DNA of 64,000 bases from Octopus vulgaris (taxonomy: Eukaryota): positions 66,092,001-66,156,000 of the forward strand of contig OX597818.1 in the NCBI GenBank assembly GCA_951406725.2, given 5' to 3'. This document shows, piece after piece, positions 1 through 11,137 of the stretch (positions are counted from its first letter, which is position 1; each line of letters opens with the position of its first letter). The notes under the pieces are model-generated. The model saw only the letters and a list, made by a program, of their open reading frames with translations. It was not told where the DNA came from and searched no databases. The position numbers and the translations under genes were made by a program.

Positions 1-244
1 TTTACAAATAACGCTAACTTTTCGAGCGATAAACAAAAATGAGCTCAAAAGAATATATATATACATATAAAATTATAAAATTCGAGGAAAAAACCTTACA
101 TCGAATCTTTGGTTAAAATACATATTGTCATTAATAAAGGAAATATAATTAATACATGGAAATTGAAATTAAAATGTTAAAATGCATTAAAATATTACAC
201 AACAGTACGTATTCATATTAAACTATACATATATACATCAGCAT

Positions 245-333
<89 letters not shown>

Positions 334-362
334 CATAAACACACACACGTATAAATATATTC

Positions 363-584
363 GTTTATTTCTTTATTTGTTTCATCCACGCGGCTGCGGT
401 CATGCTGGAGCACTACAGTTCTCTTTCTGATTTCCTCAGTCTGGGCATCTCAAGTCAACAGCAATTGACCCATTTGGTGTACAAGGGAGTTTGATTCTGA
501 TGTCCAGGACTGCACCCCATGTCGGGCTGTTGGTTTATCCTGTATTGTAGAGAGGAGGATTTCAAGTTCCTTTGTGAAGACACC

Positions 585-588
<4 letters not shown>
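363..588 (-). mobile_element. CR1-like LINE 3' terminal fragment
   Basis: The minus translation VGVFTKELEILLSTIQDKP...SNSLVHQ resembles the CR1-clade ORF2 C-terminus (FKxxLDxxLxxIPDxP...NSL). It ends in a tail shared with SINE family A and is 5'-truncated at (TA)n. Confidence 0.55.
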
Positions 589-635
<47 letters not shown>

Positions 636-638
<3 letters not shown>

Positions 639-815
639 AGAGTATAGGAAAAAAATCAAAAGACGAAGACAGGCGGTGTACAAAACAAACAGATATATTA
701 GTATAACGCTGAGGAATAGAAAAAGTCTTTTTCTACGCTCTTCTACAGAAAGGGAAACAGAAAAAACAAGGAGAAAAAACAATGTGTGTAGTGGCTAACG
801 ATCTATCATGGCGAT
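636..815 (-). mobile_element. PLE 3' terminal (pLTR) fragment with partly deleted HHR
   Basis: It is homologous to 49722-49900. The minus strand reads CUUU-CUGUAGA-AGAGCGUAG-[deletion]-AAAAAGAC, and the fragment lies between (TA)n tracts. Confidence 0.55.
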
Positions 816-890
816 GACCATATGTATATATATATTTAATAATATCAGGGTAAGAGAAAATTTAGAAATGTTCTACTGGCCTAGCGTGTA

Positions 891-1010
<120 letters not shown>

Positions 1011-1113
1011 TGGTAAAACGGTAAGATAACAAAAGAAAGAAAGAGACCTCAATATTATGAAAATAGAGGAAATTTATCTATACAATTATATGTTACATTA
1101 CTCGATAGTCAAT

Positions 1114-1169
1114 ATAAAACTCTGAGTTTCAGATGCCGAAGTGGGAATCCACGACATCTCTTCGGTTAT
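1114..1169 (-). ncRNA. Hammerhead-like motif (mirror copy in left arm)
   Basis: This is the reverse-complement copy of 1895-1950, with a better stem III (ACU CAG AGU). Confidence 0.5.
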
Positions 1170-1528
1170 CTGGCTATTTGAAAACGCTATGAAAAAATAC
1201 CGTTATACAAAGGGAAATTACTCTGTTATAACTCTGCTTGCCTGCGTACTTATACATCGCTCGCATTTTTCGCCATAAAAATTATATAAAAATACATAAA
1301 AAATATATAAAAATATATAAAATCTTCTTGGGACATAACATAGAAAGCATGTTCTATCTGTTTTCTTTAGGGGACCAAAAACGTAACAGAAATTTAGTCA
1401 CATGTGGGCATGAACCGAAAAGTTCTGTCCTTGTGTTTAGACATGTAGTAGGGTCTAAGCTGCTTTTCCAGATAAGCCATCTCTCCATGTCGCATAGACC
1501 GCACCTTCCGCTGCCGTTGGTATAGGGC

Positions 1529-1711
1529 AGATGTAAGCCCTATACCAACGGCAGCGGAAGGTGCGGTCTATGCGACATGGAGAGATGGCTTATCTGGAAA
1601 AGCAGCTTAGACCCTACTACATGTCTAAACACAAGGACAGAGCTTTTCGGTTCATGCCCACATGTGACTAAATTTCTGTTACGTTTTTGGTCCCCTAAAG
1701 AAAACAGATAG
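1529..1711 (+). pseudogene. C-terminal end of PLE ORF (after the GIY-YIG core)
   Basis: It translates as RCKPYTNGSGRCGLCDMERWLIWKSSLDPTTCLNTRTELFGSCPHVTKFLLRFWSPKENR*. This matches the PLE C-terminal pattern KPYxxxxxRCxLCxxEKxxI...LNxRxELxxxCxHxxKF. It is absent from the supplied ORF track. Confidence 0.7.
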
Positions 1712-1894
1712 AACATGCTTTCTATGTTATGTCCCACGAAGATTTTATATATTTTATATATTTTTTATGCAATTTTATATAATTTTTATGGCGAAAAATG
1801 CGAGCAATATATAAGTACGCAGGCAAGCAGAGTTATAACACAGTAATTTCCCTTTGTATAACGGTATTTTTTCATAGCGTTTTCAAATAGCCAG

Positions 1895-1950
1895 ATAACC
1901 GAAGAGATGTCGTGGATTCCCACTTCGGCATCTGAAACTCAGTGTTTTAT
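1895..1950 (+). ncRNA. Hammerhead-like motif, type I, variant core CCGAAGA
   Basis: The motif reads AUAA-CCGAAGA-GAUGUCG..CGGCAUCU-GAAAC-UCAGU-GUU-UUAU. Stem I is AUAA/UUAU and stem II is GAUGUCG/CGGCAUC. Confidence 0.5.
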
Positions 1951-1977
1951 ATTGACTATCGAGTAATGTAACATATA

Positions 1978-2026
<49 letters not shown>

Positions 2027-2028
<2 letters not shown>

Positions 2029-2239
2029 CAAAATTGAAACACATGTGGATGGTTCACGATTTTCTTCCTCCGTCTACCTTCCTATTGGACTTTCCTCTGT
2101 GTCTGAAGAAGAACGTCTGCTCGAAACGTTAAACCATCTTTCTTTTCTTCCCTGAGCGTCTGCTAATACTTTACATGTACCACGTCCTCGCGTTGTCTAT
2201 TTTTCAGTATTTGTTCTTCTTTTTTGAGATTTCCTATAA

Positions 2240-2240
<1 letters not shown>
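2027..2240 (+). mobile_element. Solo PLE pLTR fragment with degenerate HHR (2098-2134)
   Basis: It is homologous to the 3' end (10028-10240) of the PLE at 10028-12474 and contains CUGAAGA-AGAAC-GUCU-GCUC-GAAAC-GUU-AAAC. Confidence 0.7.
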
Positions 2241-2308
<68 letters not shown>

Positions 2309-3211
2309 CGTATCCTTTTTGGGGATGTTAATTTTCTAATGTGTTTTCTACTAACACAAAGTTGTTATATATTCTGTTTCTTAACTTACGAGAACACTTC
2401 ATAAAAAGAAAATTAAGAATTAAATCTTCGATGGAATTCCAAAACTTTTTCGACTCACATGCTTATATCCTGAATGCATTTCAAAATTAAGGATTCCTGC
2501 TGAGATTAAATTAACTAAAGAATACACTTTGAACTGCAGTGTTTAGGGAAAAGTCACGAGTTCACCTAATTGATACAGTATCCCACGACGACAGAATATT
2601 TCGAGGCTGCTTCAGCTGATAACTTGGATTTTTATCCAATTTAATCAGTATATCTTGCAGGCCATTCTTCGCAGGTAAGATGACAATCTGCATGATGCAT
2701 CACACAGCCTTTTAGCACTATTGAAAGAAAATCATTGCAAGTATCATGTTTAGATATATATTCTAGAAGATCGAAGCTCTTGTCAGGTAAATATAAAAAA
2801 ATAGCTGAAGTTGAAATAAATTTCGCATGAAAAAGAGTTCGTTAACTACAAAAAGGAGAGTTCGTATATTTTCTGAAGAAATAAAAATAATAAAAGTGAA
2901 ACTTCAAATGAGAAAATTTATTTCCAAAATACGAGCAATATAGAATGACCTAGAGGTGTAATTCATGAAATAAACTTAAATACTAACTTTACTTAGTATC
3001 CAAACGTGGTGTGAATACTTACGGTGTATACTCAGAGAAGAAATAAAATAGTGCTTTTGCTAATTTATCATTATGACTCATACATGTAATTTGCAACTAT
3101 ATTACTATGGCAATATAATTATACATTAAACATGTCAAAATGATACCTCATGCCACGATGAAAATCATCGACACATGTGTAACAAGTATGGCAATACTTT
3201 TTATATAATTG

Positions 3212-3360
3212 CAGGCATGGCTGTTTTCTACCAAACCAAATGGTTCCAGCTTCTGTCCCACTACGCGAAATATTAGGCAAATGTCTTATAATACTATATT
3301 CTTGGGTCGGCTGAAGCCTTGCGAGTGGTTTTCGTCGACCGAGACGTAAACAAACCTAAG
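3212..3360 (+). mobile_element. Degenerate SINE family A, 5' part
   Basis: The sequence gcaggcatggctg...ggttccagcttctgtcccactacgcg...ggcaaatgtctt...gccttgcgagtgg matches the head and body of 55978-56375. Confidence 0.55.
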
Positions 3361-3396
3361 TATATATGCATATATATCTTATATTTATTATTTATA

Positions 3397-3443
<47 letters not shown>

Positions 3444-3905
3444 CGTATATTAATGATAGGAGCATCAATATGATATATCTAATAATGTTAAAACCATTTT
3501 AATACACCTCACCCCATATACACATACATACATACATACATCTATATTTTGGTGGACTGTAAGGATAATAATTTTTGTATGACTTAATGGATTAGTCGCT
3601 GTTTAGTTACGTATTTAGAAGTTAGTTGTAATTTACTTCTTGAATTTATTTATCTTTTCAAGCATATAATGTATGAAAGAGGAAGATGTTACTTTTGTAG
3701 TCGTGTTAGTATTAATTCCGATTTAATTTCTGACTTTCACAGTTAATCATTTTTATCGAATATTTTGTAAAGAGGGAATATGTAAATATTCTTTTGTTGT
3801 TGTTTATATGAAGTGTTGACTATTTTCAGTTTATTTACAAATTTAGAATTCTCATAATTCATATTTTTAACTTTCGATTTGATCATTCTAGTTGTTTCTT
3901 TGGTA

Positions 3906-3938
<33 letters not shown>

Positions 3939-4517
3939 TATATATGTATATATATATATGTATATATATGTATATAGGAACTAATATTATTAGCCTACAT
4001 GCTATAATGATGTAACTATTATGAACTGTATATTATTTACAACTCTGGAAGCAGATAAAATGAGATTACCTTCCTATAGTAAGTGACGAATCGTGTGTTC
4101 AATTCGGGATGACAACAGCCTACTTATTGAATTTAGGAAATGAATCTGTATCATGAAAAGTCAGCGGTAATTTGATACAAACAGAACGTTTAAAGAATCA
4201 ATTTGGAGGAACAGACGAAGGGGCGTCTGTAATAGGTTCCTATTCAATATGAAAATGCATGCCCGAACACAACGACAATACCAGACCAATTAAATAGGTA
4301 AATAAAGCAGTATATTGGGCCAGCATCAGTCACACAATTCCATCTGACTCTGTGGCTTGCACCTGTATTCTACAGGCTTATAGAAGTGTATGGAGGGAAA
4401 TTTATTCTACCAGCATTTGTCAGATTTCAAGGACAACCTATATGAGTAATGAATTTACTGCTTTTGCATCGCATTCGGCAGACTGCACATATATACCTAT
4501 ACATGTCATTATATGCA

Positions 4518-4582
<65 letters not shown>

Positions 4583-4671
4583 TGTTAGTTGGAGTGGTTC
4601 ATCTGAAGCGATAAGTTCGCTGATAGGTAAAGTTCCTTCTTTTTAGTGTTTCCAAATCCAAATTAAGAAAT

Positions 4672-4734
4672 TTTGAGCTGACGATAGAAATGCTGATTTT
4701 ATTTGGCTAATCTTGAAACGTTGACGTACTCAAA
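4672..4734 (+). ncRNA. Type I hammerhead ribozyme motif
   Basis: The motif reads UUUGAG-CUGACGA-[UAGAAAUGCUGA..UUGGCUAAUCUU]-GAAACG-UUGA-CGUA-CUCAAA. Stem I is a perfect 6 bp, stem III is 3-4 bp, and the GUA cleavage triplet ends at 4728. The 10.1-11.1 pair is a U-U mismatch. Confidence 0.7.
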
Positions 4735-5068
4735 CGATCTATGTACTTGTGATATTTTTCTGTATTTACCTCCAAACCTTCGTGGGCTGTCTGGAGTAAG
4801 CATTATCTGAGAGAAATTTTCTTTAAGTAGTAGAAATGCTAAGAAAATTCTTTTTGGCTGCTATTTCTACTAAGTTCAGTATGTGGCAAAGTAATTTATT
4901 TTACTAAGCCCTAATTATATAATGTAAAATTTTGAATTCGCCTTAAATGGTCCTTTTACATACTGAACACTTGGTGAAATTGATTAATTAATTAATTTTA
5001 CCCTCAATTGTTGATATATATATATACATATATATTAATATATATATGTATATACATATATACATATA

Positions 5069-5930
5069 TATTTGCTGATGACACTAAGCTCCAGCAAATC
5101 ATCAAAGAAGAAGAAGACCGATCTCAACTCCAGTCTGATCTCTATGCAGTGAGTCAATGGGCAGACAAAAACAAAATGCAACTGAAGAAGGGAAAATTTG
5201 AGCTGATGCATTTTGGAAGAAAGTCTATACTAAAACAGCCATACTGTCTTCCTTCAGTGGGACCGCTCACAGCATCTGACAATATCAGTGACTTTGTTGT
5301 AATTGCTGAGAACTTTCTCAGTTGGAGTGCCCACATCAACAATAAGGTCGATATAGCTCGTAGGATGAACTCCAGGATATTAAGAACCTTCCGGTCTAGA
5401 GAACCAGGTGTCAGAATTCCACTTTTCTACTCCTTTGTACGGCCGCACCTCGAATACTGCTGCCTCTTCTGGTCTCCCCAAGCAAAACAAAACATCTCGA
5501 GGATTGAATCACCCCAGAGGGAACTCACTAAACGAATTGAAGGCATGACTGATCTCGATTACTAGGAACGCCTTAAAGCCTTGAAACTCTACTCTCTCCA
5601 ACGTCGCCGCGGGAGGTACATCATTTGTACGATATGGACAATGTACCGCAAGCATTGCCCAAACGACCTGGACATTAATTTCAAGGTTCATCCAAGGCTG
5701 GGACCACGGACCATACGTCATCTGCCCTATTTAGGATCACAACCTATAGGTACTCTGTGACATAATTTCTTTTCCACAACACTCCCTGACATTGACCCAA
5801 AAGTGGAAAAGGATCCCATCATCTTTAAAGGGAGTCTGGACAGACTTCTTCAAGGAATACCAAATAAACCACCCATACTTGGATACAACTCACTCAAGAA
5901 AAATTCACTACCTAAATGGACCATAATACC
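5069..5930 (+). mobile_element. CR1-clade LINE, 5'-truncated ORF2 (RT C-terminal) remnant
   Basis: It contains the FADDTKL catalytic motif and the segments LQSDL..VSQWA and FVRPHLEYC, has a stop at 5563-5565, and then continues ERLKALKLYSLQRRR. It starts at (TA)n. Confidence 0.9.
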
Positions 5931-6095
5931 ACAAAACGTGACTTATATATGTATTTATGTATCTATATATGCGAATGTGTGTGAGTCAGGGTTTGTTTCT
6001 GCTTAAGTGTATGTATAACCGATATATATGTAAGTATATATATATATTTATGTACATATACATATGTATGTATATATATATATGTATATATTTAT

Positions 6096-6168
<73 letters not shown>

Positions 6169-7629
6169 TATACACCCGTAACTCTCTCTCTCTCCCTCTG
6201 TCTCTCGTTCCCCATTTGTATATACATTCAAAGATCTCCATTTTTTTGCTTGCAACATAAAATTCTTCAGTGAAATTGAATATAATGCTCTCCGGTGACC
6301 GATGTAGGTGACAATAATCAATATATACACATGTGTGTATGTGTGCGTACGTGTGTGTGTGTGCGAGTGAGATTCTGTGCGTGCTTGTGTATGTGTATGT
6401 ATATATGTGTGTGTTTATGTGTACATTATAATGATTTATTGATATATAGGCGACCACTCAACTAAACGGAAAATACAAATACAAATAAGTATATCTCGAC
6501 CTAGTTTATAATTTCAGAATATCGAGAACACTGCAATATATTAATCAATAAATAAGTAAAACAAAAAAAAAAAAAAATAACAAATTATAAAATCTTCTGA
6601 TAGCGAGTTCTAATTTCAATATCTTTGGTATTTCCTGTAATTCATCTTTCTCGTCAACACAATGATCTCTCTAAATCTGAATGATATTATGGCTGCCACA
6701 CTTTCATATTACCTCGACTTTGTATATTATTTACGATCTGCAGAGTCCTTGCTTTGAATTCATATCGAATCCGGCGAAAATATTATTTTTGAATCAATAG
6801 CCAGAAACTGTTTCTGATGTCACTTTAGTTTGATTGAACAAATTTAATATTGGATATCTTTCAGCAATGACTCTCCTGCCATACCATGTATGCATGGAAA
6901 AAGCAATTTTTAAATGATATTTCATAATGTGTCTCGTGATTCAGTGGAAAACTTCCATCTGGCAAAGGTTCCGTGTTTTATTAGGATGCGGTACAACAGG
7001 TTTACAATAATTAAGGCAACGATGTGAGCAATATAGTGTGTTAGCTGTCATTGTTAGTGTTTGCAAACTGAGATCATAAATCATAAATACTAAGTGATTT
7101 CTTTTAGGTTACCTCTATTCACTTTCCATAGAATTTAGAGTTAGCACTTAAACTTAGGATGTTTCGAAAACGCATACGTCCAGGTAATCAATGCGATCGA
7201 AGAAAGAAACTAAGTAATAAGTGTACATTCATATTTCAGATGTTATTGTACTTCTTCAACAAGATATCCCAACGATTAACTATTCACCAACATATTGCTT
7301 AAACATCCACTAATTTTAGCGGAGTAACGCTGTTGGATAAACGGATTTATACATTAATGATTAACATTTAAATTAATTAAGTAATTAAACGCATGCTTGC
7401 AAAATTAATACATTCATGCCAAATGCTGGTGATGCACCGTATTTCATTTTTCCAGTCCTGATATATTCACAAGTGTATGAAAGGTTAAAACGTTAAAACT
7501 GTGTTCTATTTTATTAACGCTGTGTTCTATTCATGCTTAAATTTACCTCCTCAAATTTTCTAAAGATACCTTTGTGGTTTTTTTAAAATTTTGTTCCAAA
7601 TATTTTCCAATTTGGTATATGGACTAAAT

Positions 7630-8030
7630 TGCGCATACCAATTATAAATACGAAATTCATTTTCCTATAAATCCATAATAATAAAAAAAATTCCAAGCCT
7701 TTCAAATTTGCAAAATTTGGGTATTTTAGCCAATCAGAAGCGAGTATTTTACATATCACCATGGCGAAGATTTATATTTCCAACCAAAACAAAGACGCAC
7801 CACTTGTTGCATAGCTGATTGCGAAGAAATGTTTATATAGTAAACAGAGATGCTGCGCATGTGCACAGGGAGGAGAAAGATGATTATTGTAAGAAATCCT
7901 AGTTTAATATTTTCACATGCCTCTCACCCTGATGTTAGAAGATGCACTGAACGTACTGTTTTATGATTGGCTGAAAATTATCAAACTTTGAATACTTGTA
8001 TGAGTTTTGCTAATTCGGATTCAGCATCAA
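7630..8030. repeat. Possible old MITE-like element with internal inverted repeats
   Basis: The segment ttttagccaatcagaa (about 7725-7739) is inverted relative to ttatgattggctgaaaa (about 7961-7978), with weaker flanking complementarity. Confidence 0.3.
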
Positions 8031-8979
8031 AGATTGCATCTCTGTGATACACGAAACGTGTTTTGAAAAGATAACTCTATACAGTGATGAAAACCAGAAA
8101 GATCCTTTCCTAGAGAATTGAAGCAGCCCTGAATCTTACGAAGTTTCGTTCACGAATATTTATATGTATAGCTAAATAATGCAAATCAAAGATAGATTAA
8201 AGATTTAATGGATTGTATGCACTTTTTAGGAGTTATCGCAGCTTCCCCATCATCGTGTAGAAACATGCCTATTTAAAAAAATGCAATCGAAGATTGAAAA
8301 ATAGACAGTGGCCAGTATATTTAGGCTGCGAAACGAAATACGGTGTTCGTACCAACAATCATTATTCAGTGATTATATAAGCAATTAGCTACAATACATT
8401 TGTTTTAGCTTAGATTTAAATATATTCTTATCTATCTTTACGATCTGGAACAAAATATTTAGTTCAACCACTCAATAATAGATGTTTATTATTAAAATAG
8501 TCATATGAATATTTATAAATTTTCTATATTGAATTCATTGTTGCTAATAGAATCATTTAATTTCAACTTGATCTCAAACAGAAATTCAATAAATCTAATT
8601 AAAATGTAAAAACGATATTTATGCTATGAATGAAAATTCAAATTAATTTTGGCCATAAATTTCGATTTTGATATGTGTTTTAAATGAAATTTTTCTTTTT
8701 ACAGTTTTAATAAAACACGCTGTTACTACTGATTTTGTGATCTCAGAGTTTACACACATGGTAAATCTACGATCCTAGGAACATCTCAATACGAGAGTGA
8801 AATATTTAAGTTTAGTGAATGTGGTATTTACTTCGTATTGAGCTGAGCTATATCATTTTATACTTCCTATGTATTATACAAAGCTAGTGTATCAAGAAAT
8901 CATACTACAAGAGTCTACACCTAGCATCGATTTAAGGCGATAATAGCGTTAGCATAAATTTCAATGTAATATGTCTATC

Positions 8980-9290
8980 ATGAACATCCGATACGTCCAG
9001 GTACTCAAAATAATTCAGGAAGATTGTAAGGGGATGAGCGTGTGCAAAATAGGAAATTAACTCCAATTCTCCATGACAATACTTGGTCACAAATATAGTT
9101 AATAAAAAATCAGTCAAACTAAACATCGGGAAAATTGCCCCCAAAACGTCATACTACATGGTCTGGTGTCTAACAACTTCTACTTGTAGCTTTAATGCAG
9201 GAGAGATTTATGGAAAAAAGATTGAATTAAAGAGGAGTCAAAATTAGTTTTGTAGATAAAGGTGTAACTGCAGATAAAATATTTTCTTTC
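8980..9290 (+). mobile_element. Highly decayed mariner transposase remnant
   Basis: The segment ctccatgacaat (LHDN) is followed by a degenerate PSYxxxLxxxxFYL segment resembling YSPDLAPSDFYLF. Confidence 0.35.
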
Positions 9291-9674
9291 TTATTATCGG
9301 CATACCAGCTGGCATGGCTGTGTAGTAAGAACCTTACTTCCTAACCACATGGTTCTGAGTTCAGTCACACTGCGTAGCAGCTTGAGACTGCTTCAATATC
9401 TACGGTGTAATCAAAGTCTGATAATGCATTTGGTAAAAATATGTATATATACATAGATAAACATGCAAAATGCTGACGAAGAACATACGGCCTTGCAATC
9501 GGCTTGAATAATTGTTAAGATTAAGATATTAGGATATCTTTTCTAAACATGAAACCAATGGTAGTCTCACTACAAAAATGAAAAATGTTTCCCCACATGT
9601 GGTGTTGACCACCCATTCTCAACGTGCACCATTTACCTGTACACATATAAACAGAGACACACACACATATAAAG

Positions 9675-9711
<37 letters not shown>

Positions 9712-9784
9712 TATGTAAATATATATATATATATATTTATATGTATGTATATATTATATATATTATATGCTATTTTGTATTATA

Positions 9785-9825
<41 letters not shown>

Positions 9826-9827
<2 letters not shown>

Positions 9828-10000
9828 TTATTTTATAGAAGGAGCTTCTACAGGACTAGTACTGTTTCATTCCTGATGATTTCATTTGAATGAAACAGTA
9901 CTAGTCCTGTAAAGCTCCTTCTATAAAATAAATTAATTTACTCTGCTATGTATTGAGTACCTTATTTACTGTGGTTAACCCCGACTGAACCCGGGACCTA
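9826..10000 (+). mobile_element. Short PLE-type 3' end with inverted 5' copy and HHR core
   Basis: Arms are 9826-9872 and 9888-9933. The centre and right arm read CUGAUGA-UUUCAUUUGAAU-GAAAC-AGUACUA-GUC. It lies between (TA)n tracts. Confidence 0.65.
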
Positions 10001-10127
10001 CATATATATATGTATATATATATATAGTTAATCCAAACATGAAAACACAAAGAGAAAGCACAACAACGCGAGGACGTGGAACAAGTATAATATTATTGGA
10101 CGCTCAGGAAGGAAGCGAAGAAGGAAG

Positions 10128-10162
10128 GTTTTACGTTTCGAGCGGAGCTCTTCGTCAGAAAC
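10128..10162 (-). ncRNA. Minimal type I hammerhead ribozyme in PLE pLTR
   Basis: The motif reads GUUU-CUGACGA-A-GAGC-UCC-GCUC-GAAAC-GUA-AAAC. Stems I and II are intact, there is an extra A after A9, and stem III is a loopless palindromic ACGU of the dimer type. Confidence 0.8.
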
Positions 10163-11137
10163 ATAGGAAAAGGAAAGATCCAGAGAAGGGAAGACGGAGG
10201 AAAAAAATCGCCAACGGTACACACGTGGTTACATTTTGAATGACCGTAAAGACATGGGTGAAGAAAAGTTCTTTCAAAGACAGGAGAGTGCAAGAGGAGG
10301 TATGTGTGTGTAAGTGTGGATATGTGCGTGCGCGAAGGTCTGCGTGTGCGCGTGTGTGTATGTGTGTATATGGCCAATGATAACATGTGTGTGTGTGTGG
10401 TTGTGGCTGTAAATCTATGTGTGTTGTGGGACTTAGTATTGTTTAAGGTCAAGGAAGAAGGAATTAGGAGTGGCTCTTGTGTCTACCCATGGTCAGTAAG
10501 AGGTACTGCTAGTTTGAAGTATGTGTGCGTGCGTGTATGTATATGAATATGTATTGTGTGTGTGTTTTGTTTGTAGTGTGTGTATGTATGTGTGTGTTCG
10601 TGTGTGTATACGTAGAGTTTGTGCTTGTGGTGAATAACTATGCTTTACTTTGTGTATGTGTGCGTGTGTGCTTCTACGTGCGTATGTGTGTCCACATGTA
10701 TGTATAATTGTGTGTGTATTATTGTGTGCTGTGTGTAAGGGATGTATGTGTGGGTTGATTTGTATGTGTATGTATGTATGTGCGTGCGTGCGTGTCGTAT
10801 GTGCGTGTAGTTGTGTGTGTATGTGTGCGTGTGTATGTGTCTGTGTAAGCGTATGTGGGTGTATATACGTGTATCCGTGGGGTTGTGTACATTCGTGTGC
10901 GTGTGCGCGTGCGTATGTGTGCGCATACTTTGTGTGCGTGCGTGTGTGTGTCTGTGTCTATGTGTGTATACGTATGTGTTCGTGTATAAAAACAATAAAA
11001 TTATAAACAATAAAAAAAACAAAAAATTATAAAACAATAAAAAAGACGTTATTGCACATAAGGAAAGAAAATGAACAAAAGAGAAGAGAAGAAAGAAGAA
11101 ATAAAGTTGCTTGTTTCGGGAGGTGTAGAAGTAGTCA

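Larger units (their letters stand above)
1011..1985. mobile_element. 5'-truncated Penelope-like element with inverted copy of its 3' end (about 450-bp-arm palindrome)
   Basis: Arms are about 1079-1528 and 1537-1985, with an 8-nt spacer (agatgtaa) and about 8 substitutions plus 1 indel by eye. It is flanked by (TA)n on both sides and contains a PLE ORF C-terminus and an HHR-like motif. Confidence 0.85.

Noticed and set aside
1238-1737. Identical peptides from ORFs 1238..1525(+) and 1540..1737(-)
   Set aside because: They result from the palindrome. The meaningful frame is the opposite one (1529-1711 +).
9472-9520. CUGACGA-AGAAC...GCUUGAAUAAUUGUU as an HHR
   Set aside because: The GAAA box and helices are too degenerate to support a call.
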